Shown here in pieces: positions 28,883 through 38,806 of a stretch of 64,000 nucleotides of DNA. The notes under the pieces are model-generated. The model was given only the letters and a program-made list of their open reading frames with translations. It did no database searches and was not told where the DNA came from. The first letter of the stretch is position 1. Each line of letters begins with the position of its first letter. The translations under genes and the position numbers were made by a program. Source of the stretch: Cenarchaeum sp. (GTDB lineage: Archaea > Thermoproteota > Nitrososphaeria > Nitrososphaerales > Nitrosopumilaceae); NCBI GenBank assembly GCA_965212015.1, contig OZ243037.1:640001-704000 (forward strand), in the 5' to 3' direction.

Positions 28883-29619
28883 GACAGCTCGTACACCCCG
28901 GGCTTTTCCTTTTCAGAGTCACGGATTTTCCTGATGGTGTCAAGTGACTCTGTGGCAAGCCTTGCCGCGTCGCGCGCGGTGCGTCCCGTGCCTATCCCGC
29001 AGTTGATGGCAATGCCGTCCTTTTTTGCCGCATCAACGAACTCTTTTGCATGCAGCTTTGATTCGTCGTCTGCCAGCACCATAAAGTTGTCCCCGCCCAT
29101 GAAAAAGCACAGCGCCTTTTTTCTGGCAAAAAACTCTGACATTTTGGAGTACAGGCCAAACACCATTTCAGATATCTCATAGGGCGACTTTGTCCTTCCC
29201 ACAGAGGTGAGATCCTCAATGTCCAGATGCATTATGGTGACTGTACTGTCGGATTCCTCAATGCTTCCGTATATGCCGCACTCCCCATCTAGCACAGTCC
29301 CGGACCGTCTTGCGGCGTGCGCCGCAAGGTTTGCATCAAACGGGTTTTTGGCATGCCCGATGGACATTGTCAGGCTCAGATCAAATGACTGTATGAGCTT
29401 TTTTTGAATCCCGACGTGTGCCGTACGGTCAGCCCCGTTGCTTGCCACAAAAAACTCGTCATACCTGTTGGGAAACGCAAGGCACCCCATCTCCGAGAAC
29501 AGCCCCTGTATTCTCCCGTACAGCGACGCCTGCAGCATTTGCAGCTCGTGCTCCCTGTCGCTGCCCAGCTCCAGCGTCCATTTGCCGTATCCGGCAATCT
29601 TGAGTATGGTCAGCTGCAT
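28873..29619 (-). CDS. gch3: GTP cyclohydrolase III
   Basis: GYGKWT..LGSDREHELQ, RYDEF, FMGGDNFM. Confidence 0.88.
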   Translation of the reverse strand: MQLTILKIAGYGKWTLELGSDREHELQMLQASLYGRIQGLFSEMGCLAFPNRYDEFFVASNGADRTAHVGIQKKLIQSFDLSLTMSIGHAKNPFDANLAAHAARRSGTVLDGECGIYGSIEESDSTVTIMHLDIEDLTSVGRTKSPYEISEMVFGLYSKMSEFFARKKALCFFMGGDNFMVLADDESKLHAKEFVDAAKKDGIAINCGIGTGRTARDAARLATESLDTIRKIRDSEKEKPGVYELSCS

Positions 29620-30029
29620 CTTGCCCTTCCCAGTTCGTCTGCCACTGTCTGAACCGCCTCCACTGCCCTCTCGGCTACGGGCCTTATTCTCGCATATGCG
29701 TGCCTCTCTTGCATGCCGGGGCCGCTTATCCCGAGTGAGACTGGCTTTTTGTGCTTTAATGACAGCTCTATTAGGGATTTTGCGACAGCATGCGCTATTA
29801 CCTCGTCGTGCTTTGTCTGGCCCTTTATTATGGCGCCCAGCGTGACTACTGCGTCAATGTCGTCCCTGCCAAGCAGGGCGTCTATTACAACTGGCGCGTC
29901 ATACGCGCCGGGAACCATACACGTCTGCACAATGTTCATCTTTAGGTGTGCCGCCTTTTCCCGGGCGACGCTGAGCATCCGGGATGTTATCTTTTCGTTA
30001 AACGCAGACGTCACTATTGCAATGTTCAA
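29610..30029 (-). CDS. ribH: 6,7-dimethyl-8-ribityllumazine synthase
   Basis: VPGAYD, LGAIIKGQTKHD. Confidence 0.93.
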   Translation of the reverse strand: MNIAIVTSAFNEKITSRMLSVAREKAAHLKMNIVQTCMVPGAYDAPVVIDALLGRDDIDAVVTLGAIIKGQTKHDEVIAHAVAKSLIELSLKHKKPVSLGISGPGMQERHAYARIRPVAERAVEAVQTVADELGRARCS

Positions 30030-30700
30030 GCCTGGTGCACCTTGGCATACTCTACTAGCTCCCCCCCGTCAATTAGCGGAATGCCGTTTTGCTTTGCATA
30101 CTTTGATGCCTTTTCCACGGAAAGCGCAGAGTACGTCTCTGCATCCATCATCTCACAAATGGCAGTGACCGGCACCAGCTCGGAGATCTTTGCCAGGTAT
30201 ACTGACATTTCTGTATGGCCGCGCCTCTTTGAGAGCAGGCCGTCAGATGCGATCAAAAGCGGCACGTGTCCTGGGGTCCTAAAGGACGATACAAACCTGT
30301 TCTTTGGATTCTCTGCCCCGTACAGGTTTGACATCTCCTTTACGGTCATGGCCCTGTCCCTGTCAGTGACGCCGGTGTACGTCCTGTAATGGTTGATGGA
30401 GACAGAAAACGTGGGGCGGTCCCCGTACGGCGCCATGCCGATTATCATCTCTTTTGACTTTGAATCGAGTGATTCGGAGAGTATCTCGTGCATGTATCTT
30501 GCCCCAATGCTGCTCCCAAACGAATCGTCAATTGCAATGCAGAGCAGCCCGCCTGCGTGCTGCCTCATGCGAGCAATGTGCTCCGGCGTGACGAACTGCG
30601 CTGCTGCCACCATGTCTATCTCGTTTTCGCGCCCGGCAGAGTCGTACAGCAGCACAAACTCGCCGCGCCTTAGCGACCCTATGGCGTCCTGAAGCGTCAT
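30026..30700 (-). CDS. ribB: 3,4-dihydroxy-2-butanone 4-phosphate synthase
   Basis: RENEID, PGHVPLL, RRGHTE, ICEM. Confidence 0.93.
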   Translation of the reverse strand: MTLQDAIGSLRRGEFVLLYDSAGRENEIDMVAAAQFVTPEHIARMRQHAGGLLCIAIDDSFGSSIGARYMHEILSESLDSKSKEMIIGMAPYGDRPTFSVSINHYRTYTGVTDRDRAMTVKEMSNLYGAENPKNRFVSSFRTPGHVPLLIASDGLLSKRRGHTEMSVYLAKISELVPVTAICEMMDAETYSALSVEKASKYAKQNGIPLIDGGELVEYAKVHQA

Positions 30701-30768
30701 GACAAAACGCCCGTACCTCGGATTATAAAGTTTACTAGAAAATTTGTTATTACCAAAAAAATGGTAGC

Positions 30769-31353
30769 TTATCGTTTCATGGCATATTTTCCCAGAATGT
30801 CAGTCTCGATATTGACCCTGTCGCCGGCATCCTTGCCCCCAAGACTCGTAACCTCAAGCGTGTGCGGAATCAAACAGACCAGGGCAAGGTTTTTTTTAAT
30901 GTCCGCCACGGTCAGGCTGATCCCATCAACTGCAATGGATCCCTTTTTTACGACATGGCCCAAAAGCGGTCCTGGGATCTCCAGCCAGACCCCGACCTCG
31001 CCTGGTTTTTTTTGCACCCTTTTTATGAGTGCGGTGCCGTCAATGTGTCCCAGGACAAAGTGGCCCTCGAGTCTGTCGCCTGCCCTCAGGCTGCGCTCCA
31101 CGTTCACCGTGCCGCCGCGCCTGAGACCCCCAAGATCGGTCTTTTGTATGGTCTCGTCAATCATCTCAAAACTGCACCTGTCCTGCGATTTTTTGACCAC
31201 CGTGAGGCAGACGCCGTTGAGTGCCACGCTCTGGCCGATTTTCAGCCCCCTTGCGTTCTCGCCCAGACTCACCGTAATCCGGACTGCGCTGCGGTTTTTT
31301 GCGGGCCTCACGTCCTCTATCCTGCCCGTCCCCTCTATAATCCCGGTAAACAT
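30769..31353 (-). CDS. ribE: Riboflavin synthase (bacterial-type alpha chain)
   Basis: MFTGI start, NGVCLTV, GHFVLGHID, DGISLTV. Confidence 0.93.
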   Translation of the reverse strand: MFTGIIEGTGRIEDVRPAKNRSAVRITVSLGENARGLKIGQSVALNGVCLTVVKKSQDRCSFEMIDETIQKTDLGGLRRGGTVNVERSLRAGDRLEGHFVLGHIDGTALIKRVQKKPGEVGVWLEIPGPLLGHVVKKGSIAVDGISLTVADIKKNLALVCLIPHTLEVTSLGGKDAGDRVNIETDILGKYAMKR

Positions 31354-31417
31354 TTTCTTTGTTGCAGTATGGTTCGTATAAAATTTTTTAGATCGGCACT
31401 GTACCGCATGCGGCAGC

Positions 31418-32266
31418 TCATATGTCCAGCAGCGCGGATGCCTGCTTGTAGTGCACCTCGTCGATCATCTTGCCGTCTAGTACGGTGGCGCCCCTTCCCC
31501 TGCCGGCAGACAGGACGTACGCATCACACACCCTCTGCGCCCATCTCAGCTCCGCCTTGCTGGGATGAAACGCCCTGTGCACCTGCGGGATCTGCGACGG
31601 ATGTATTATGCTTTTTCCGGAATATCCCAGCTCCCTGCCTGCCTTGCAGTCCGCCCTCAGGCCCTTTTCGTCCCTTATGTCCTGCCATATGGCGTCGATT
31701 GCCGGTATGCCTGCGGCAGACGCATCTAGCGCAATCTTTGCGCGGGCGTATCCTGCTCCCCTGGCCTGCTTTGTGTACTCTATTCCCATGTCGCTTAGCA
31801 GGTCAAATACGCCAAACACCACGGCACAGACGCGCCCCGAAAACGACGCAATGCCGTGACAGTTTACGACCCCCGCAGGCGACTCTATCGACGGAATAAA
31901 CGGCGTTCTGCCGAGCCTTCTTTTTTTCTCCAGGCCTGCGGCCGTCCTTGTGATTTTTCTGAGCTCGTCTGTATGGCCTACCTTTGGTATCACTATTCCG
32001 TCGATTCCGTCTTGCAGCACCTCGCGCAGGTCGTCTGGGATCATTCCAGATGCCGGAGAGTTTGTCCGGACAAACAGCTGCGGGCCGTACTCGGACCTGT
32101 TTTTTAGCGCGTCGCAGACCAGTCTTCTTGCGCTTTTCTTTTCAGGCCCCGGAACCGAGTCCTCCAGATCAAGGCACGCAATGTCCGCATCAAGTGACTT
32201 TGCCTTTTCCAGAAACCTGGGATTGTTTCCCGGCACAAAGACAAGACTGCGAAAAAGCCAGGCCAT
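31418..32266 (-). CDS. CitE-like CoA ester lyase (HpcH/HpaI family)
   Basis: RSLVFVPG, DLEDSV, GKSIIHPSQ, GKMID. Confidence 0.88.
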   Translation of the reverse strand: MAWLFRSLVFVPGNNPRFLEKAKSLDADIACLDLEDSVPGPEKKSARRLVCDALKNRSEYGPQLFVRTNSPASGMIPDDLREVLQDGIDGIVIPKVGHTDELRKITRTAAGLEKKRRLGRTPFIPSIESPAGVVNCHGIASFSGRVCAVVFGVFDLLSDMGIEYTKQARGAGYARAKIALDASAAGIPAIDAIWQDIRDEKGLRADCKAGRELGYSGKSIIHPSQIPQVHRAFHPSKAELRWAQRVCDAYVLSAGRGRGATVLDGKMIDEVHYKQASALLDI

Positions 32267-32274
32267 GAAACCAG

Positions 32275-33354
32275 CTAGGCGCCGTCGGGCTTCATTAGGA
32301 TCTTGCCGAACAGTCCCTTTCCTGTCAGCATCTTTGTGTGCGCCTCTGCTGCCTGCTCAAAGGGATAGACAGAGTCCACCACCGCCCGTATCTTTTTTTG
32401 TCCCATCCAGTACAGACCCTGCTCCAGCTCCGCCTTTGTGCCCTGAGTCGAGCCAAGAATGTTTGTTCCCTTGAAAAAGATGTGTCGTAGATCCGTCATT
32501 GCGTCGTATCCCGTAGTCGCGCCGCACGACACCAGCGTTCCGCCGTACTTTAAGAGTGTAAGCTGCTTGTTCCAGTGGGTCTGTCCGATGTGGTCAAATG
32601 ACAGGTCGATTCCCGGCGACTTGCCCTTTTCCTTTGAGATGCCCTTGGCAATGGACCTGACCTCCTTGTGCCAGTCGTCCTTTCTGTGGTCTACCGCATA
32701 ATCTGCGCCGAGCTCCTTGCACTTTTCAAGCTTGTCCGGGCTTGCAGTGGCAATGACGTCGCAGTTGTAGAGTTTTGCAATTTGGATTCCAAAGCTTCCG
32801 ACTCCAGAGCCTCCACCCATGATCAGAACCGTCTGTCCCGGCGTTATCCTTGCCCGTCCCACCAGCATGTGCCATGACGTGAGCAGCGTCATCGATGCGG
32901 CGGCCGCATCGTCATAGCTTACGCCCTGCGGAATCCTCGAGACGTTTACCTCGGGAAGGTGCGTCACCTCCGAGAATGCGCCCCACGTGGGCCCAGTCTG
33001 AAACCCCCAGATCGTCCTGTTTGTACAGTCGTACTCCCTGCCGTCCGTGCACGCATTGCAGACCCTGCACGCCATGTTTGAGTGCGAGACTATGCGGTCC
33101 CCGACTGTGATGTTTTTTACATCCTCGCCCACCGCAATTACGTCGCCTGCCGCATCGGAGCCAGATACGTGCGGAAGCGGCACCGGAACCGGCTGTCCCC
33201 GCATGCCCCAAATATCGTTATAGTTCAGAGAGGCCGCCTTTACCTTAAAGACCACCTCGTCGGCCTTTGGTTTTGGCTCTTCAATGTCCTTTATCTTTAG
33301 GATCTTTTTAAAATCGTCATCAGGTGCATACTCGTCGTATACCAGCGCCTTCAT
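32275..33354 (-). CDS. Zinc-binding MDR-family dehydrogenase/reductase
   Basis: CxxCxxC Zn site, GGGSGVG Rossmann motif. Confidence 0.88.
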   Translation of the reverse strand: MKALVYDEYAPDDDFKKILKIKDIEEPKPKADEVVFKVKAASLNYNDIWGMRGQPVPVPLPHVSGSDAAGDVIAVGEDVKNITVGDRIVSHSNMACRVCNACTDGREYDCTNRTIWGFQTGPTWGAFSEVTHLPEVNVSRIPQGVSYDDAAAASMTLLTSWHMLVGRARITPGQTVLIMGGGSGVGSFGIQIAKLYNCDVIATASPDKLEKCKELGADYAVDHRKDDWHKEVRSIAKGISKEKGKSPGIDLSFDHIGQTHWNKQLTLLKYGGTLVSCGATTGYDAMTDLRHIFFKGTNILGSTQGTKAELEQGLYWMGQKKIRAVVDSVYPFEQAAEAHTKMLTGKGLFGKILMKPDGA

Positions 33355-33398
33355 AGATACTGTCGAATTTTTCCCCTAATTATGTTTTATCCGGCGAG

Positions 33399-33689
33399 TC
33401 AGAGCCTGTTGATCTTGAAATCCCGCTTTGGCTTTTGCATCGACTGCAGGATCTGCTTGAGCTGCTCGTCGGATATCTGCGAGCCGATCTTTCCCTGCGA
33501 GGCCATGCCGACCAGATAGTTCTCCAGCATCGATGCAAGATCGGGCTTTACCATCCGGATGTTGCCCAGGCGCATTCTTGCATGCGGGTCGAGAATCTGC
33601 TTTAGGACCGCCTCCTTTTGGGCGGAAACTTCGGCGTCGTTTGGGGCGTATTCTGGGTTTCCTGTTTCGTCCCGGTTTGGATGGCTCAT
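33399..33689 (-). CDS. PDCD5-family dsDNA-binding protein
   Basis: ARMRLGNIRMVKP...ISDEQLKQIL; next to rps19e. Confidence 0.85.
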   Translation of the reverse strand: MSHPNRDETGNPEYAPNDAEVSAQKEAVLKQILDPHARMRLGNIRMVKPDLASMLENYLVGMASQGKIGSQISDEQLKQILQSMQKPKRDFKINRL

Positions 33690-33696
33690 TTTAACA

Positions 33697-34149
33697 CTAG
33701 GAGTACACTTTGAGCTGGGGGTTTTCTGCTATGAGGTCCTTGAGAATCTCGGTGGCCAGCCTGTCAATCTTTTGCATTCCCTGCTTTGAGACAATCCTAC
33801 CCTTTTTTTCAATCTTTTCTACATAACCTAATTTTTCCAGCCCGTGAATGGCGTTTCTGATTATCGCCCCGCCGGCGTTCCTGTGGTGTGCCGCGCCGTA
33901 TCCGTGCGGCTTGCCTCCCCCGTACCCCCTGCAGAGCTCATTTACGCCGATCGGCCCGTGAAGATAGATTTTTCTCAATAGTGAGGCGCATCGCGTGTGC
34001 CACCACTCCCTGTCCTGCGGCGGCTTGTCTGCGTGCGCGCCGGTCTTTACAAACGGAATCCAGCCCGGGGCCGCAATGTCCTCGCCCTTTAGAACCGTGG
34101 CAAGCCTGTCAATTAGCATGTCTGGCGGAACGTCATACACCTTTGCCAT
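33697..34149 (-). CDS. rps19e: 30S ribosomal protein S19e
   Basis: VKTG, WWHTRCASLLRKIY. Confidence 0.95.
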   Translation of the reverse strand: MAKVYDVPPDMLIDRLATVLKGEDIAAPGWIPFVKTGAHADKPPQDREWWHTRCASLLRKIYLHGPIGVNELCRGYGGGKPHGYGAAHHRNAGGAIIRNAIHGLEKLGYVEKIEKKGRIVSKQGMQKIDRLATEILKDLIAENPQLKVYS

Positions 34150-34306
34150 GAGGGAAAAAACTCGGTACTGGCCTTATAAATCATGGAGCCATTGTTTTGC
34201 AGTTGCGGGAAAAACCGGTCCGGCCGCATGCCGCCAGATCTTGCACGACCGCACGCGCAGCCGCCGATCCTAGAATTTTTATCTAGATGCCGGGCAGTCA
34301 GCAGTA

Positions 34307-34708
34307 TTGTCTGACACGGAGCAGGTAATCAGGATAATAGAGAGGTTTTTTGAGACCGGCAGGACCAAGGATCTGGCATCGCTAAAGGAGATTCAGATGA
34401 CAGATTCGAGCTTTTCAAGCTTTAGCGACGTGCCGCCGTACGACCTGAAGGACTATCAGACCACAATAGCGCTAGAGGAGCTCCGGTTCATCAGCATATC
34501 GGACTATCAATACGAGATAAAAAGCCCCAAAATCAGCATGTTTGGCGACACTTCCATAGTGGCATTCGAGCTGACACAGACGGGAATGCTAGTCGACAAC
34601 AAAAACTATACGGGCGAGCACATTACAATCAACGGAAGGGCTACATTCGTACTGGTAAAAAAACCGACCTGGAAGATAGCACACATACACCTCTCAAGGA
34701 CGCCGTGA
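34307..34708 (+). CDS. SnoaL/NTF2-like protein
   Basis: RATFVLVK..WKIAHIHLS C-terminal motif. Confidence 0.75.
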   Translation: MSDTEQVIRIIERFFETGRTKDLASLKEIQMTDSSFSSFSDVPPYDLKDYQTTIALEELRFISISDYQYEIKSPKISMFGDTSIVAFELTQTGMLVDNKNYTGEHITINGRATFVLVKKPTWKIAHIHLSRTP

Positions 34709-34713
34709 CGGGA

Positions 34714-35550
34714 CTAGGCCACTCTGTCGTTTGAGGCGTCCGGCTTTTTGCACAGCGACTTGTAAAAGTCGTATGCCCCGCCGACGTCTGAGTTGCCGTG
34801 CACTATGGAGCGCACCGCCCTGATCATGGGCACCGGATTGTCAGACTGCCATATGTTGCGGCCCATGTCCACCCCGACTGCGCCTGCCTGAATTGCGTTA
34901 TAGGTCAGCTCCAGTGCGTCGCGCTCTGGTATCTTTTTGCCGCCTGCAACGATGATCGGAACCGGACATGATCCCACCACCTTTTCCATGTCCTTGCAAT
35001 AGTACGTCTTAACAATGTGGGCGCCCTGCTCTGCGGCAATCCTGCACGCCAGCGAGAGATAGCGCGCATCCTTGCCCATGTCCTTTCCCACCGCAGTCAC
35101 TGCCAGCACGGGAATGCCGTATTCTGTGGCCTCATCCACCAGCCGTCCCAGGTTGACTATGGTCTGCTGCTCGTATTTGCCGCCCACAAAGACTGACATT
35201 GCAAGCGCGCTTGCGTTGAGGCGGATCGAGTCCCTTATGCCCGTCGTTATCTGCTCGTTGGACAGATCCTCGCCTATTATGCTCGAGCCTCCTGACACCC
35301 TCAGTACGACGGGAACGGGATGGCCCGGGTTGACTGACGTTCTCAGCACGCCCCTGGTCACCATCAGCGAGTCGCAGTACTTTAAGAGCGGCCGTATCGT
35401 CTCTTTTGGATTCTCTAGTCTCTGGGTGGGTCCGAGAAAATACCCGTGATCCACTGCCAGCATTACTGCCCTGCCGTCTGCCGGCTTTATTATACAGGCC
35501 AGCCTGTTTTGCAATCCCCAGTCCAATACTATCGGGTTGAGAGGCGGCAT
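34714..35550 (-). CDS. lsrF: LsrF/DhnA-type class I aldolase family protein
   Basis: MLAVDHGYFLGP, VKTYY, AGGKK, DMGRNIWQ. Confidence 0.8.
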   Translation of the reverse strand: MPPLNPIVLDWGLQNRLACIIKPADGRAVMLAVDHGYFLGPTQRLENPKETIRPLLKYCDSLMVTRGVLRTSVNPGHPVPVVLRVSGGSSIIGEDLSNEQITTGIRDSIRLNASALAMSVFVGGKYEQQTIVNLGRLVDEATEYGIPVLAVTAVGKDMGKDARYLSLACRIAAEQGAHIVKTYYCKDMEKVVGSCPVPIIVAGGKKIPERDALELTYNAIQAGAVGVDMGRNIWQSDNPVPMIRAVRSIVHGNSDVGGAYDFYKSLCKKPDASNDRVA

Positions 35551-35583
35551 ATATCTATCTTAATCTTTCTGCACCGCAGGCAG

Positions 35584-36612
35584 TCACGGCCGGCCGATGA
35601 TTATCTTCATGGCATCCTTGCCGCTGCGCGCGTGCTCAAAGGCCCTTTGCGATTCCGTCAGGGAATACCTGTGGGTAATCAGCCCTCCTGCGTCTATTTT
35701 TTTAGAGTCAATAAGCTGTAATGCCTTTTTTGTGTCCAGATCCGATGCCGCATAGCTTGTCACCAGCGTAATCTCTTTGGAGTACACCGCACCCATGTCA
35801 ATCCCCGCCGTGTCGCCTACTGTGGGGACGCCAAACATCACGGCCGTCCCGCCCCTTCTGAGCATCCCCACGGCGTCACGGAGTGCGGCAAGGCTGCTAG
35901 TCGCAACTATTGCCAGGTCGACTCCGCCGTCTGTCTGCGCAAGAATCCTTTCTGTCCTGCCGGGATCGGATGCCCCGATTGCCTCAGTAACGCCGGATTT
36001 TCTGGCAAACTCTAGCCGAAAGTCATTGACGTCAAGGCAAAAGATCTTTTCTGCGCCGCAGTTTTTGGCCAGCATTGCGTGCATCATTCCGGTAGGCCCC
36101 ACGCCGAATATTGCGACAGAATCCCCGCTGCCAAACGCGGTCCTGTTCCATGCGCGTATGCAGCATGCAAGCGGCTCTATCATTGCCGCCTCATCGAAGC
36201 TCATCGATTCTGGAAGCTTTAGCACCCCGCCATTCTCCACGTTCCACTTTGGAACAATGTATTTCTGGGCCAGTCCGCACGGGTTCAGGTTGCTCTCGGA
36301 ATATTTCCGGCACATCGTCTCGTTGCCATGCCTGCAAAGGCGGCACGAGCCACACGGCACGTGGTGGTGCGTAAAGACGCGGTCGCCTGCCTTGTAGCCG
36401 CGCACGCCTGCGCCCACCTCCAGTACGGTGCCTGCCGGCTCGTGGCCGAGTCTCATCGACGGCTTGCCGTACCTTCCAAACACCTTTTCAACATCAGAGC
36501 CGCATATTCCGCATGCGTCCATCCGGACCAGAATCTCCCCGCCTCCCGCCACGGGATCCCCCTGCTCCCTAATTGCAACTTTTGATGGACCAGACACGAA
36601 TACGGCCTTCAC
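35584..36612 (-). CDS. Zinc-dependent alcohol/sugar dehydrogenase
   Basis: CGSD, GHE, CxxCxxC, GVGPTG. Confidence 0.88.
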   Translation of the reverse strand: MKAVFVSGPSKVAIREQGDPVAGGGEILVRMDACGICGSDVEKVFGRYGKPSMRLGHEPAGTVLEVGAGVRGYKAGDRVFTHHHVPCGSCRLCRHGNETMCRKYSESNLNPCGLAQKYIVPKWNVENGGVLKLPESMSFDEAAMIEPLACCIRAWNRTAFGSGDSVAIFGVGPTGMMHAMLAKNCGAEKIFCLDVNDFRLEFARKSGVTEAIGASDPGRTERILAQTDGGVDLAIVATSSLAALRDAVGMLRRGGTAVMFGVPTVGDTAGIDMGAVYSKEITLVTSYAASDLDTKKALQLIDSKKIDAGGLITHRYSLTESQRAFEHARSGKDAMKIIIGRP

Positions 36613-36614
36613 AG

Positions 36615-36908
36615 TCAGACGCCCAGGATTTTCTTTAACATCACTCTATAGTCAATGCTGGTCTTTTGGCTGCCAATCGAGGGCAGTGCAAACACCAGGG
36701 TCGACTTTTCTGCGCGAAGCGCGGTTAGCTGATCATTGATGGGCCCCGATATGTCGTCGCTTACCAAAACCAGGCCCGTATCTGAATCCTCGGATAGTTT
36801 TTTGATTTCCTCCAGCGCCTGCTCGGGTGTCTCTGTGATTATTCCCGACACGCCTGCAAGCTGAAAACTTGTAACAAAAGATCTTGCCCCCACCGTGACG
36901 ATTCTCAT
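36615..36908 (-). CDS. atpF: A/V-type ATP synthase subunit F
   Basis: FVTSFQLAGV...KKILGV. Confidence 0.85.
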   Translation of the reverse strand: MRIVTVGARSFVTSFQLAGVSGIITETPEQALEEIKKLSEDSDTGLVLVSDDISGPINDQLTALRAEKSTLVFALPSIGSQKTSIDYRVMLKKILGV

Positions 36909-36997
36909 GCGTCAAGGGGGGCCCGGAATCCAATTTAACCCTTTATCATGGCCGGATTCAAGGCAAGGTTGATTAGGCAAAACCATCCAGCAATATC

Positions 36998-37297
36998 ATG
37001 ACAGATATTGACGCGCAAAAAGACGTGTATCTTTTCGTGCACGGCCGCATGGACCTACAGGAAAAATCAACAGGCGCCCTAGTCGCAAAGGGGTTCTCCA
37101 AGGACAGAATCATCATGGCGGTGCCGACCAAGACAGGCCAGACAGGCGACTATATGGCAATGCTGTGGGCACCCCCCAATCCGGATCACATCAAAATCCA
37201 GCGGATTACAAGGGTGGAGAGTGTAAAGGCAGAGGGCATGATCGGCCTGTGGAAGGGCGTCTCAAAGGACGACCTGTTTATCATACCGCTGGAATAG
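36998..37297 (+). CDS. Hypothetical protein
   Basis: 99 aa ATG ORF filling the intergenic gap. Confidence 0.7.
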   Translation: MTDIDAQKDVYLFVHGRMDLQEKSTGALVAKGFSKDRIIMAVPTKTGQTGDYMAMLWAPPNPDHIKIQRITRVESVKAEGMIGLWKGVSKDDLFIIPLE

Positions 37298-37299
37298 GC

Positions 37300-37551
37300 C
37301 TAGCTGAATCCGACTCCGAATTTGTCGCCGTCCTGAAGGGGATCGGCGGATTTTGAATTTTTTAGCTTTAGATACAGCAGGGACTCGTAGACTAGCCGAA
37401 CTGCCTCGTCTTTGCCTGCTCCAAGGTTCTGTACCGCATACCTGCGGTACTTTGCAAATTTCGTTGAATCCTGCTCGTCGGGGGATATTCCGTCCTTTTC
37501 CATCAGGCCTGCGATTTTTTCAACTCGCGCGTTATCACTTGATTCGGACAT
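37300..37551 (-). CDS. Hypothetical protein
   Basis: 83 aa ATG ORF, convergent with upstream gene. Confidence 0.65.
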   Translation of the reverse strand: MSESSDNARVEKIAGLMEKDGISPDEQDSTKFAKYRRYAVQNLGAGKDEAVRLVYESLLYLKLKNSKSADPLQDGDKFGVGFS

Positions 37552-37590
37552 GCGTTATGGTACGGCAGGGCAGTTAATGACGTTTGTGGA

Positions 37591-37968
37591 TCACACCTTG
37601 GAGCCGATTCTTTTCACAGAGTTTACCAGGTGTATCTTGTCCTTGATGCCAAGCTCCGGCTCTACGGTGATGAATATGGTGAACTTTTTGGTATAAACGA
37701 CTAGCTGGGAGACCTTGTCCCTCTCTACGTGCACATAGCGCACCTTTCCTAGCGTCTTGTCAAACTCCTTGCGCATCATTCTTCGCTGACCCACCTGCTT
37801 GCAAAACCGCTCCTCCTCCTTTTGGGATTCAAGCGAGGTCTTGCCCTTTTTCATAATGCCCTCCACAATGTTTCCCTTTAGATCGATGATTGCCACAAAG
37901 CGCATCTTTGGGTTGTGCACGATGATCTTTTCGGCCATCTCTGTAAGCTTTGATTTTTTCGCATTCAT
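37591..37968 (-). CDS. Thaumarchaeal DUF6659/roadblock-like protein
   Basis: MRFVAIID..G, LGKVRYVHVERDKV. Confidence 0.7.
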   Translation of the reverse strand: MNAKKSKLTEMAEKIIVHNPKMRFVAIIDLKGNIVEGIMKKGKTSLESQKEEERFCKQVGQRRMMRKEFDKTLGKVRYVHVERDKVSQLVVYTKKFTIFITVEPELGIKDKIHLVNSVKRIGSKV

Positions 37969-38008
37969 GCCCTAGATGGGGCATGCACTTGGATATAACT
38001 CAAATCAA

Positions 38009-38299
38009 TCACATATCAGAGAGCAGTCCCGAGATGAAATCCACATACTCCTCGTCGGCAAACGGTACGGCCTCGGCGCCCCCCTCCCTTTTGGCCGATT
38101 TTAGCGCCTCTAGGTGATAGCACCACTTTTTGCCCCTTTTGTCAAAATAGTATCCCGGGCACGAGCAGAATTCCCGCTCCGGATGGACCCAGTACTCCTT
38201 TTTGCCCACCACAGTCCAGATCTCCCTCCTGCTTGGCTCAAAAACGTGCATCTTTACCCTGTGCTGGCCGAGAATGTTCCTTATCTTGTCGTCTTGCAC
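38009..38299 (-). CDS. SWIM zinc finger protein
   Basis: FCSCPGY...CYH. Confidence 0.8.
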   Translation of the reverse strand: MQDDKIRNILGQHRVKMHVFEPSRREIWTVVGKKEYWVHPEREFCSCPGYYFDKRGKKWCYHLEALKSAKREGGAEAVPFADEEYVDFISGLLSDM

Positions 38300-38434
38300 G
38301 CATAATAATCCCGATTCCGGGGTATATCTGTGGCGGCGCAGCGTTACCGGGGCGCCGCAGATGGATAATTACCCCGGCGGTTGTAAAATCAAATTCAGCG
38401 CGATTCTCTTAAGGAACCGGATGCTTGAAATGCC

Positions 38435-38794
38435 ATGCACAGGCCGGTAATCGAGATTCCCGTCTCACAGAGCCCGTCAGACGCACAGCTCAAAAAAATC
38501 AGGGAGTACTTTAAAGAGATGCCAATCGATGATGTGCTCACCGGGCTCAAGTTTGCAAAAAACCGCTGGTCTGCAAAGGACGCCGGCGTCCTCAAAGTAG
38601 GCAGAAAAAGCATAGTGCAAAGAGAGGTCCATTCCGTGACTTTTGAGCAGGCACAGTGGCGGCTCAAAAACTGGAAGATGATGATCCAAAACTACCGGCG
38701 GCGCGGATACAGCTATCCCACCATATCGAGGATCAAAAAGATCCTGGTTCAGAAAAGCCGGGGCCTCCACGATCGTGGCCTGCGGCGCGCGTGA
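38435..38794 (+). CDS. Conserved hypothetical protein
   Basis: 119 aa basic ORF with host-like codon usage. Confidence 0.7.
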   Translation: MHRPVIEIPVSQSPSDAQLKKIREYFKEMPIDDVLTGLKFAKNRWSAKDAGVLKVGRKSIVQREVHSVTFEQAQWRLKNWKMMIQNYRRRGYSYPTISRIKKILVQKSRGLHDRGLRRA

Positions 38795-38806
38795 ATGTGC
38801 GCCAGT

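Noticed and set aside
30862-31899. Long antisense ORFs in the GC-rich core (also 57971-59218, 44237-45118)
   Set aside because: Shadow frames opposite well-supported housekeeping genes
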